64,000 nt of DNA from the human T2T-CHM13v2.0 reference genome, Homo sapiens, in NCBI RefSeq assembly GCF_009914755.1, contig NC_060932.1. One strand, written 5' to 3'. Position 1 is the stretch's first letter; each line of letters begins with the position of its first letter. Positions 50,943 to 64,000 of this stretch are shown in pieces. Both the position numbers and the translations under genes were made by a program. The notes beneath the pieces were generated by a model. It made no database searches and was not told the origin of the DNA. It saw only the letters and a program-made list of their open reading frames with translations.

Positions 50943-53860
50943 GCATCATTCTAATCATCTACCCCAACCTGACTTGGTCTGAAATGACTCCTACATCCTG
51001 ACTAACATGGAATAGAAAGCTTGGGCTGCATGGCTTTAGAAGAGTAAGATGCAAGTCTCAAATGTATTCAGAGTCCTCAGAATGAAAGGAAACTCAGCTT
51101 CTTTCAGCATTCCTTTTTTTCCAGAGTTCCCCCCGTATTTAAGTTCAATGTTTTTGATCAGAGACCTCTTGTTATGATGAATTTAATCTGAAACAACTGA
51201 ATGAAGGGCAGTGGTGATGCAACACAATGATCATCTTCACAGTGTCCAATTGTAAGTGCTCCGGAGTCACCACCCTGACATTCCTGGGGAGTTAGTCCTA
51301 TCAGAAAGGGCTGGTGGCAGCTCTATTGGGAGGGGCTCCCACAGCCAGAGCTGCCTGGTAGACAGAGTACCCACAGTGCCCTTAAAGACAACTGTTGTTT
51401 ATGGAAGACACCTGCACCCACTACCTTACTTTAACCCTGCAAGCTGGTACTATCATGATCCCCATTTTGCAGATGAAGAAAGTGGTAGGACAGGAGATGC
51501 ACTGCCCAAATGCCCTTTCTGGAGGGAAGGACTTGCCTCCAGCTGTCAGCTCCTTCAGAGTGTGCTTGCCATAGACAGCTGCTTTGCCCAAGGGCATCTC
51601 TTTCCTTTCCGGGTAGCCCAAATGCAACAGCTAACAGTGGCAGGGGTACAAAGACCCATGACAGGACACCTCTGAGGGCTGCGTATGCTCCACAGCTCCC
51701 AATAGGGTTTGCTGATCAACTTCTCCCTCTGTCCCATTCTACCCCCTCCCCCTACAGTTTACACATGTTGATCCATAATAAACACTCGCCACTTCCCAGT
51801 TGGTGAATCTGGGCAAGTCGCTTTGTCTTCCTGTATAAAGGGTGTGGTGGAGGCTGTCCTGCCCACTTCACAAAGTGTCAACAAGATGTAGAAATGCTGG
51901 TGAGATTAAGGCAAAATATGCTGACCCCAATATCTGCTTTTTGATCCACCAACGTGCCAATATCTTTTCTTGGATTCTCAGATACACTCACCCCTGGTTT
52001 CTTCAAATGGTTATAGCTATTGATCACTATGCGCTAGTCACTGTGGTGATAGTATTACCATGTGCTAGTCACTGTGGTGATAGTATTACTCATAAAAATG
52101 CTATGAAGTAGGCACTATCAGTAGTAGATTTGTTATTTTCTATTCCACTGTTTTTAGAGACATTTAGATCTGGTGAAATCTGTTAAGCAATTCTAGAAGT
52201 GTTGGTGTGCAATATTGGGAGTAGGACATGGGGAGAGCTGAATTGCCCTGTGCATAGAGGGGAAAGAATTTGGCAGTCTGAGAAATCTAGGAGGACAGGA
52301 GTAAAGAAAGATGAGGAAAAAGAACAGTGAATGAGATAATAAGCTGCTTGTTCAGTATCCCCAGATTGTCTGTAAGGTATATTAAGCTTGCAAAGTGCTT
52401 GCTATGAGTGGGTTTTGTGGAAATCGGGGCAGGAGCTGAGTTTTGAGTGTGGGCTGATGGAGGCAAAACAGGCTACAGCACCAATTGGTAGCTGGGACAG
52501 AGGACTCCACATGAGCATAAGCCCTATTTCTGGAGAAGGATTTGGGTTTCCCTAAACTATGGCCTATAGGTCTGAGTCCGAGGCATTGCTTTCAAAATCA
52601 CACGATATTTTGTGTGACACAAGAGGTCCTGAGCCTTTATCTGGGGTAGGTATGATTATGGCCGTATTAAAGATCAAGAAACTGGCCCTCAGAAAGGTCA
52701 AGCTATTTACCCAAAGTCATCAGCAATCAGTGCTGGGGCCAAGATTCAAACCCGTATCTGTCTTGTTACAAAGCTGGCGTTCCCATGGCTACCCCAACAC
52801 CATCCTTTTCGTTCCTCTGCCACCACCACCACTCTGCCCCAGGCCCACCATACTCTGCCATTCTCACACAGCCAAGCATGGTTTTCCTGCCAGGTCCCAG
52901 CACAGACCAAAAGGTGGAGCCACCAGCCCGCAAGAGACCGTCACTGGGGTTCAGAGGCAGGAGGGCCAAGAAGACAAGTGCCACGGCACCTCCTGTGGCT
53001 TCACCCTTCACCTCCACTTCTAGTCAGCCCCTTGCCCTCCCCACCTACAGCCACATGCCTCCCATGCAAGCAGGCAGAAAATCCCCCCAGAAAAGAGGCA
53101 GGTGGAAAGGGTGGCACCTTCTTCCACGACAAAGGAATCTCATGGTGGGCACCCCGGATGCACTGCAGCAGGAATCCTTTAACAATGGAACCAAGAGCAA
53201 GGGCTCCATGGTGGGCCAGACTCCCAAACAGAAGACGGAGAGCCCAGGCACTGCCAAAACCACACGCCACAAGAGGGACCACTCTCCACCACTTCCTCTC
53301 AAATAAACAGCAGCGCAGCACTGCCCAGGGCCGGGGCTACAGCACAAGGGCTGCCAAAGCTTCCATTAGGAAGCCCCTCTTTTCTGTGCTGAAAATATAG
53401 CTTTCAGAGTTTATTCTGGGTTCAGACCCCTGCGTCATCTTGGGAGCCGGTTTCAAACTGACTTTTCCTTCATTTAGATTCTCCAGGGATAAAGAACTCC
53501 CTCACTACCCACTCCCCCAGCACACAGCCTTCGCCAAATAACCGAACAAAACTCCTAATTGTTTAAAGTGGTTTTACTTTTCGTTTTGGATTTTTTTTTC
53601 TTTTTTTATTTTTTCTGTGTTATGGAAATCAGAGAACAAATCGCTCCTCTAGGTAGGGCTGGAGACTGGACTGCTCCATTGTTTACAGGTGTGTATGTGG
53701 TTGGGGTGAGACGCGGGAGGACCTCACAGTGCCCCTCCTGCACGGCAGGAAACAGGACACAAATGCCCTAGCCATGGGGCCAGCTGAGCCCCCTCAACCA
53801 GCTGAAGGGGCCTATAGCTTTCTGTAATGCTGCCTGTTGGTTCTCCAGCTAACTCCCAGC

Positions 53861-53966
53861 AGGAGAAGGAGGAGGGGGAGGGGGAAGGGGAGGGGAGGGG
53901 GAGGGAGAGGGGAGGGGGAGGGGAGGGGGAGGGAGAGGGGAGGGGGAGGGGAGGGGGAGGGGGAGA
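53861..53966 (+). repeat. Pure purine (GA-rich) low-complexity tract of GGGGA/GGGGGA units
   Basis: 106 bp containing only A and G. Confidence 0.95.
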
Positions 53967-55964
53967 CTTCCCTGTTGAAGGCCTCAGTCCAGAGTCCTGG
54001 GCTGCCCCTGCTGGCCCCACATTCTCTTTGAGCATCACTTTGTCACCCCATCCTCCCACAGCTGGCTGGAATACAGAGCTAGGCTTGACCACAGACAAGG
54101 GAAACGGAGGCGCTCAAAGGGCCGAGATAACTGTGCACAGTCCCCTGGGTCTCCGCCTTGGCACAGGAAAAGTCTCCCTTTTCTGGGTGGTCTCTGTTTC
54201 CTTCTGCTCTAAACCTCATCCTCAGAGCAAAGCTTTCCCTCTTCCTTTCTCCCTCTGGCCCAAGGCTGGGCACCCCCTCTGGACTCCTTTGATTGCTAAA
54301 GGAGGAAACTGTCTTTTCTGCTTGGACCCAGGCTCCCCACTTGGACTTGTGGGTGGAATTATCTGGACACCCACTTCTCCCAACCTGATTAACCCATTTA
54401 TGTCCCGCCGTGAGGGCTCTCCTTTTCTCTTATCCCACATCAAAGTCTGGACACACCAAGCCCCTAAATTTTGAGCAATGCATCTAAAATTCTCATAATT
54501 CCCTTGTACCCATCTCCTCTGTCACCACAGCCCAGCCCAACCCAGAGGGAAGTGCACCGAACCACCACCACCAAGCACAGTCCATCTCTTTCTCTCACTC
54601 ATGTTCTTGGAATGTGTTTGTGTGGAGCATTTCTCACTAACAATCTTTTCCCCGGTGTTATACATTCATTCTAGTTCTGTCCTGCTCTGTCCAGAGGTGA
54701 ACCCTGCCATCTCTCTGAGCCTCGGACACTTCACCTATATGGCCAGTCTTACATCCATCCCTCATGTGGCACCGTCCAGGGCTGGAAGATGCCCCTGCAC
54801 CTGTGTGTCCCTCTGCCACCCACATTCACAAGGCATATCTTGTCGTGGGTTATCCCCAGGGGAACAGACCCATTATGCAGAGAGTGAAAAACTCCCAAGC
54901 CTCCCTCAAGTATGAACCCTGTGGCTCCCAGGAAAATCCCATCCCTGATTCTCGAGGTGCCAGCCTGTATCACTGGACACTGTGCCTCTGCCCCTGAGGA
55001 AGCCCCTTCATCTGTCAGTAGTGGCCGTTAGCCTCACTTTTTGGACTTCCCTGCCTCACATGCCCACAGACAGCAACCACTATCTGGATTATCTGTAGCC
55101 AAGAGGCACATCAGAAATACAGAGGGAAAATACCAAAACCTTAAGAAAAGAATAATAGTAATTAAACAAGGTTTGATGCCTTGAGAGTTGAAAGCATGTG
55201 TATGTCACATTGAAGCTGCAACCAAATTTCTATCATATAAAGACTGTGCTACTGTGTAGAAAGGCAGGGTAGGGAGTTGCTGATGCTCGATGCCTGACCC
55301 TGGCCCGGATCCTCATAAATAAGTGTTTTTGGTTCCTGTCCCTCCCACTTCCTTATTAACAAGGATGACCTGGGAATGGAGTGCTTCTTCAGTGGGCATC
55401 TATTGTTTTGGCCTGCCCAGCATCCATCCCCCCTTCCTCTGGTACTAGCACCATGATTTATTTTCATTTGGAAAAAAATCATCCCTTTGCTATTGTCTGT
55501 TCTTGTAGCTCGGGTGGGGCTGACCCCTTTCCTGGCTCCAGGGCTGGGCAGTGACCCAGTTCTTAGCAATTGACTCAAGTGTTTATAATCAACTAATAAG
55601 CCAAGAGTCAACCTCAGGACTTTTTTTTTTTTTCGCTGGTACTGGCAAGGAAGAAATACTTTCATGCTTTATTAGGGTTACTGAAAAGGTAAGATTTGCA
55701 GGCCTAGAGCACCAAGACGCCATCTTGCCACAGGGAGGAAAGGGTCTGCCCCTGGATCAAGTCGTATCTGAAACCCAGACTGCTCCTGGACTTTTCAATT
55801 CTATACATAATTTGAGCCTTGTTTTTTTTTTTTATAACTTCCATCTAACTCCAAACTTTTATTCCTCTTTTACAGATTAAAAACAAAAAACTTAGAGAAG
55901 CTAAGTAACCTTCCAGGTTCCACACGCTAGCTAGTAGCTCTGAGTTTTGATATGAACACAGTCC

Positions 55965-56280
<316 letters not shown>

Positions 56281-57744
56281 TGATTCCAAGTCTTAGCTGT
56301 CATACTCTACAACCTTCCATTATATTCATTCCCTTCACTCTATGCTCCAGACCCAACTCTAGTAAACATTTAACAGACAACCATTCTGGAACATGTGGTG
56401 TCACCATCAGGTACCCAAAGCCAGTGACTCCAGCCAGGCTTACTTGTACCACTGTCCATATCCACTGTGCTTTCTTGGTTCCAACTGGAGTTTCAGTTTG
56501 GGTTGTGAAGGCCAGGGCTTTCAAACACAGACTTCAAGCCAGCTATAAGGTGAGCATGTTCTGCAATCTGCATTTTACCATTTTTCCTTAGCCAAGAGAT
56601 CCACATCATTTTCCACCAATTGCATGTTGACCCAGAAGCTACTGGAGCACTCAGGGAATGTGGACTACCTATGGATGACTGTTTGGCAGAACTGTCTCTT
56701 TTTAAGCTGGCTTGGGTCACCATGGTTCCAGCTCAACTAGGGCCGAGGAGCATTTAAAAATACCAAACAAGTTGAGGTGAGACATCAAAACCCTTACATC
56801 CAACTCCAATTAGAACAATCCCATGAAAAGAGAGCCTGAGAAATGCACAGGCCATACCATGTTGGGAATGACTCTCCCTGTTTTCCCCTAGCCCGCAACC
56901 AAGAAGAGGCTGAGATAAATAAGGTAAGCTTTTCTGGGAGGATAATATAACAGAAGTCCAATAACAAAAAGAACAGCCTTCCAAATGGTGATCTTTAGCA
57001 AAGTTACTGGGCTATGGGGAAAGTTCTCCATCTGGAGGTCTAGAGCAATCACTATTTGGGGGGATTTTTGGTTTCAAATGAGGACAACTACTCCTAGCCA
57101 AATTGTTATAGAATCAACACACAATTATCAGCAAAGTACGTGCTTGTGTTTAATCCTCTCACAGGATTATTCTAGAAACTGGGGCTAGATTGAGAAGACT
57201 GTCTTTAATCAGAGGCCAAACTAAAGTTTTGGCTGCTGCTGTAGCATTTTGCATTATTCAGATGCCTCAAATGTAACTGTTGAAATAAATGTTCATGCTT
57301 AATTTGAATGCAAGGTGACACCACTTGATTTTCATGCTGCTTAGATCCACAGGGAATCCATCAAAAAAGTCAATCATACATGGTAAAACTACCAGGGCTG
57401 ATACTTAAATTCATAGCTGGTTCACATCTCTTGCCGAAGCACCAAATACTTTTTCTAGGAAGCCAACAATATAGATTTAACACCTAAAAATAATTTCCTT
57501 GGCCAAAAACAGCCTCCAAATCATTGAGAAATATTAATAGATGTATTTTATTTGGAAAGAAATAACAGAAAATATAAAATTAATCCCATTGATCAAAAAG
57601 AATTTAAAGTGCTTCCACTGAATCATGAGTAAGACAAAGAAACTCACAAAATCTTCCAAGAAGAATCTACTGTATTGCCCTATGACCTCTTGGTCATATG
57701 CTGGTTTTTGTTAAATTTTTATTTCATGTTTTCATTGAACTGTT

Positions 57745-57828
57745 CGTATATACATATATATATACTTACACATATCTATATATTAATCTATCTATCTATC
57801 TATCTATCTACCTATTCTATCTATCTAC
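57745..57828. repeat. (TA)-rich plus (TCTA)n tetranucleotide microsatellite
   Basis: Seen directly. Confidence 0.85.
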
Positions 57829-58032
57829 TCTTCCCATTTAGATGAAATAGTAAGTGCAAGCCTGTATTCTACAGGTCCTTTGACCCTATGGTGCCTAACG
57901 CATGCCTGAGATCACAGAAGGTACTAAACAAGCAAGCTGTCTGAATCGATGAATAAATGTTGACTTCTCCCTTCTCCAAGGTATTCTAGCAATGGTGGTC
58001 ATGGAGTCTGATGAACCCCTGGCCTTAGAATT

Positions 58033-58577
58033 GTGTGGTGAGTGCTTATCTAACAGCAATGTTCCTTCTTCCTTGCAGTTCCCAGGGAAACAGTCCTGGT
58101 CAGCCCAAGCCAGTCATGGCAATAACAGTCCCCTTTGCCAGCAATTTGTCTAAGGGTGAAGACTCATTTCTGGCCAAAAAGATAGAAAGCAAAGTCCATT
58201 GGGAGGCTTCAGGAAATATTTTCCTCCCCAGTAAAAGAGATAGGGTTCTAGGGGAGAAGTCCTTGTTTGCTCCCTTTCCTAACTTTCCTGTTTTAAACAC
58301 TGTATTTGGGGATATGATGCCTGGAACAGAAGCAGTCATCTCAGGGACATGAGACAAGTTTGAGGACAAAAAGTCTTTGCCAAATCCAAAGATGTTGGAG
58401 GGGAAGGACTGGAAGGATGGAAAGAATCTGGAAGCTTGATAAGTGAGCAGCTAAAACAAAGCATGGGATCACCTACCTCCAGATTCCTTATTACAAAAAT
58501 AGTGTCTGTCCTTATTTCTGGGCCTAAGTCAGGGTTTCTGTTACTTGCAACTGAAAGCATTCTAACTGAATCATACA
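58033..58577 (+). mobile_element. MLT1J/K-like LTR
   Basis: TTCTGGCCAA..GA, GATGCCTGGAACAGAAGCAGTCATCT, TGTTACTTGCAACTGAAAGCATTCTAACTGAATCATACA end. Confidence 0.7.
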
Positions 58578-59589
58578 CCCTTGTTAAAAACAGGAGTAAT
58601 TGTGTCTCCCCTCTTCTAGGTATGTTATAATTGAGAGAACAGAGGTTTGGGAGCCAAACAGACTCCAGTCAGACAGAATTCTGGCTGAGTAACCCTGAGC
58701 AAGTTCCTTAATCTTCAAAGCTTCAGTGTAATTAACTATAAAATGTAGGTAACAATGAAGACTTCATAAGCTTGCTATTGTAAAAAAATAAAATAACAAC
58801 TGTATATAAGTCACTTAGACATGCAGTAGCTGCTCAGTGTTAACTCCTTACTTTTTTACTTGCCGTATAATCCCTGTGTGGAGTAGAAGGGTCAATTTTT
58901 TGTGAAGGGGAAAGCACACTCCCATGGTAATATCAAGAAACCTTGATTTTATTTTTCATCATCTTTCTTATTCCAAGACAAGACAAATGATAGGGATTGC
59001 TGTCCATGTGGGAGGCTGGAGTTCAAAGAACAGCTTCTAATCAGCAGGCCTGCCTACGTGGCCTGTACACAAACAAATCCCTCATTTAGGAGCTGTTCTT
59101 GCCTTTTGTTGAGCCTGATGCTATCTGTGACTCAGCCTGATCAAACCATCTACTTAATGCCTCTATTCAGAAAGGCCTCCACCTGCTGGGCTGCTTTGGG
59201 CCAGGAGGGTCTCTGTTTCCCACAGGCTGCCCGCAGCTGGGAGCCTTTAAAATGTGGACCCAACTACCTCAGTGGGCAGTGATCCCCAAGTGAGTGTGCA
59301 TCATACCCTGGCAGCCTCAGGATGGTGTGGGTCTGAGGACAAGCAGCAGGCAGTCAAAGCTGGCTTGCTGGCCACTCTCATGGCCTTCCTGGACACACAC
59401 CTAGATATGGCCCATGCACACACACACCCTTTCCACACTTTCCTCCCTGGTGATTAGGCACAGTGATCGTCACCCCCTGGAGAGCTGAGAACCTATCTAT
59501 AGTCACACACTGTCCTTCCTCCTTCCTGAAGGCATGAGGACGATGTTAGCCTAACTCACAAACTCATACTGCAAACCTCCACCAGAGAG

Positions 59590-59785
59590 GCAGTGCACAA
59601 TAATGGTTAAGAGCCTCTACCCCTAGTTCCAGGAATTACAACTTACATAACCTTGGGCAAGTCACCTAAACCCTCTTGGGCTCTTTTATCTCATCTGGAA
59701 AATGAGTATGAAAATATATTTGTTTTGATAATGTGTATAATGTGCTTAGCACTGTCCTTAGCATGTGGTACCCACTCAATAAAAT
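59590..59785 (+). mobile_element. MIR SINE
   Basis: ACCTTGGGCAAGTCACCTAAACCCTCT...CTCATCTGGAAAATG...ACTCAATAAA. Confidence 0.75.
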
Positions 59786-61069
59786 GGACTCTCCCAGTCC
59801 CCTTGTATATTAGGAAGGGATCATCTCCTCCTGCCAAAGGACAACCCCAAGGCATGGCCCACCCAACCTGCCATCTTAATTGGCTCATAAGATCAACATT
59901 TGCACTAGTCCAAAATATTTGTCAGATACCTCCTATGTGTGAGCATTTGGGATCCAGCAGCAAGGATCTTTCAGAGGTTACAGTCTAAGGGAAGAAACAA
60001 ACTCAGAGACAAAGTCATAGTCATGAATCGTAAATCCTATCAAGGAAAAGAGGGAGCTGTGAGAAGGACTACAAAGCGAGCAGCAGGAGTGGGAGTATCA
60101 TTTTACTGAAAGTCAGATAAGACCTCTTGCTGAGAGAATGGCATGTAAGCTTATAGGGACTCAGTGTCCCTCACATAAATGCTAGAAGGATAATAAATTG
60201 TCCTCAGGCCAGAGGCGGCACTAGTAGCAAGACAGGTTCTCAAAGCACAAGATGAAGAGATCTCCTGATATGGTGGGGCCCCACAACCTTGCTTCCTTAG
60301 GGACAATCTGCCCCGTAATCATAACCTCCTCCAGAATGTGCCTGGGTTCAAATGCCTCACCTTGCACCCTCGTCCCCCTGTTAATGCCCTGAATTATCTC
60401 ATAAATCATCTAGTCCCACAGCACTTGGCAAAGCAGCACCAGGCTTTGATGACCATATTTTCCACATAGTCTTGGAATTCAGGCTATTTAGTATTGAAGC
60501 TCAAAGTAATTTTCCCTAGATTTATTCACTCTGTTCCACTCTGCAGGTTTAACCTCCTGTCCAGGTTGCTTTTCAGCGAAACCACTTTTAGAGATTGTTT
60601 TTGTTCTACCCCAATTTTCTGGAGTCATTTAAATTCAAGGGACCCCTTAGGAGATTGCAGATTATATATACATGTCTACGTATAAAGACAGAGAAAGATC
60701 CCTGGGAAAGTCATTGTCCAGAATCACACTGGCTTTGCTTTTCCTTGTTTTCAATTACAGACTCAGGTGCTGTGGAACATTACTAAAGCACAGTGTACAT
60801 GGTACATTTCCAACATTTTTCATTTGCTTTCCTGCTCTCTTCCATTTCCCTACTTGATTTCCAATGTGAGAGTGATTTGGTGCCACTGTTTTTTGCCCAA
60901 AGCTTTCTGCAGGTAATAGCTTCCCTCTCCCACCCCTTTTAATCCATTTCTATTAGGTTCATGCTTCTCCTTCACTTGAAGTTATTCCCAATCTCTGCTC
61001 CTGAGCTCTTCTAACCTCTCTGTAGTTTGTCACTGACACCTTCATCAATTTCTAAGGACCATTCATTTG

Positions 61070-61510
61070 CATTCATTCAGTGCTTAATGAGCACCTACTA
61101 TGTGTAGGCCACTGGGCTGTGGGAATACAAAAATGATTAACACATACTGTTTTATTCTTCTGTGATCTAAGGATCACATAATCTCTGGTGGGAGCAGGCA
61201 GGTAAACAGGTAAGTACAAGTCATTACATTAGTTACTGTAGATTGAAGTGTGGACAAAATATTGCAGAAATAAAGAAAAAGGGAAGGATTAATTCAGCCT
61301 TGAAAGATTAAAAATAACAGCACAGAACAAGTATATCTGAGCTGTATGTGAAAGGGCTTTCTTGCTGAGTAAACAGCTTGTGTAAATATGAGTGTTCAGA
61401 GAACCAGATATGGTTCACACTGGCTGGAGCACAGTACAGGGTGGCAAGGGGAGATAGTTAGAGACAAAGATGAGAGGAGTTTGGTATAGGTTGGTTAGGG
61501 CCAAAATACA
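61070..61510 (-). mobile_element. L2 3' fragment
   Basis: CATTCATTCAG...TGAGCACCTACTATGTGTAGGCCACTGGGCT. Confidence 0.75.
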
Positions 61511-61529
61511 GGTCAACTGAACAGTTGAC

Positions 61530-62830
<1,301 letters not shown>

Positions 62831-63289
62831 AGTCTGGAAGAAACAAAAGGAAAGGGCACATAATGGAGGGCTTGTTATGAGCTCCTTGGGATTCTGGATC
62901 CTACTGCTGAAGGTTTTAACCAGTGCTTGACATGATCAAATTGACATTTTAGAAAGCTCATTGATGTATTGCATTTACTCAACTAGCATTTATTGATCAC
63001 CCACATCCAATGTTGAGTGAACCCTGAGGTAGGTGCTGTGGGAGACATGAAAACCAAAAAGGCATCGTCTGGCCAGAAAAGCACTTACCATGCAATAGAG
63101 GAGATGAGACACAAAACACTGAGCACAAGGTAAAGCTTTCTTGTCACAAGGGGTAACTGGGAGACCTGGGGGGAAAAGGCAGATGCACGGTGCCTCCAGG
63201 TGTTAGCTGGTGTTCCACGCCCACAAAATTATCTCAGAAAGCATAAAACTACAGGTGACTGAAAATCACCTGTCAGCTCTAGCCCCTTG

Positions 63290-63735
63290 AACTTTCCTTA
63301 TTTCTAGATGGCAGAACCATAACCCTGAGAGATACTGGAAAATGCAAGATTTCCTTGAGGTAGGGTGTAGGAACGTGACTCATTTCTGGCCCAAGGGACC
63401 TGACTTAGGTCTCCTGAAATCCACCAGGGACTACTGACAAAGATCTTCTTTCCCGATAAAAACAGAGACATGTAAGAAGGACCCCTCCTCCCCCTTTCTT
63501 CCTGCCTCTGAGTGCATGTGGGTGAGGTTGTGATGCTTGGAGCTGGGGAATTGTGAGGGGAAAGCCAAGGGAAAGAAAGAAAAGATGGCAGACTCAGATC
63601 CCTAATATCATTGAGCCGCTGAAGCCTACAACCTGACAACCTCCCATTACCAGACTTCTTCTTATAGAAGCAAAATTTCCCCCTTTCCAACGAATTTATC
63701 AGCAGTTGTTGATATATATGGCCCAAAACCGCACT
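63290..63735 (+). mobile_element. Old MLT1 (K/L-like) LTR remnant
   Basis: TGACTCATTTCTGGCCCAAGGGAC, TGTGATGCTTGGAGCTG, ATCATTGAGCCGCTGAA. Confidence 0.55.
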
Positions 63736-64000
63736 CAGCCCTCATCTGCAAGCATACTGTGTCTAGAGCCAATCCTAACCTTTGAACAACGCAGTTGAAG
63801 GAAGCCTCACCCACCAATGAGTCAAGTCGGTCCTGCTCCTAGTTGTTATGACCACATGCATGCTGTAGTTCAGGATGGTAAAGAAGTTTCACATTCATAT
63901 GCCAACTCAGATTGATGGGCAGCAACTGGATAATCCGCTGTGCAGAAAGTTAAATACAGGTTCTGTGCAAAGAAGTGTCTAGATTCATAGTGCCAGACAT

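Noticed and set aside
52559-53400. Overlapping 140-173 aa ORFs on both strands
   Set aside because: Typical of GC-richer non-coding DNA, partly MIR-derived, with no recognisable protein similarity. A non-coding exon cannot be excluded.
53827-54474. Longest ORF (215 aa) with a G/E/R-rich segment
   Set aside because: The open frame owes much to the stop-free purine tract, and I recognise no domain or gene context.
59575-59600. CTCF-like CCACCAGAGAGGCAG
   Set aside because: An extra base breaks the core spacing, and the site straddles a MIR 5' end.

Overview
This is non-coding, repeat-rich primate DNA, almost certainly human: it carries an AluYa5 with all five diagnostic bases and an HERV-H LTR7. 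I could not place the locus from sequence alone. I found no credible protein-coding gene, tRNA, rRNA or CRISPR array; the longer ORFs mostly come from Alu, L1, LTR or low-complexity sequence. The window opens inside an LTR7up-like LTR with no primer-binding site after it, so it is a 3' or solo LTR. It continues through many MIR, L2 and MaLR remnants, a near full-length HSMAR2 mariner, a two-LTR MLT1H-type provirus and several hAT MITEs. Subfamily names come from recalled consensus sequences, not from a RepeatMasker run. The most notable structures are local rearrangements: an AluYa5 missing its 3' TSD, a ~115-155 bp unique motif-rich module duplicated 2.5 kb away, an MST LTR split by MIR-containing DNA, a 40-bp templated insertion next to a snap-back repeat inside the MLT1H provirus, and a twin-primed ancient L1 with a perfect 15-bp TSD. 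There are also candidate + strand exons downstream of LTR7 and a speculative RNase H-like fossil. I see no firm evidence of a new biological system.
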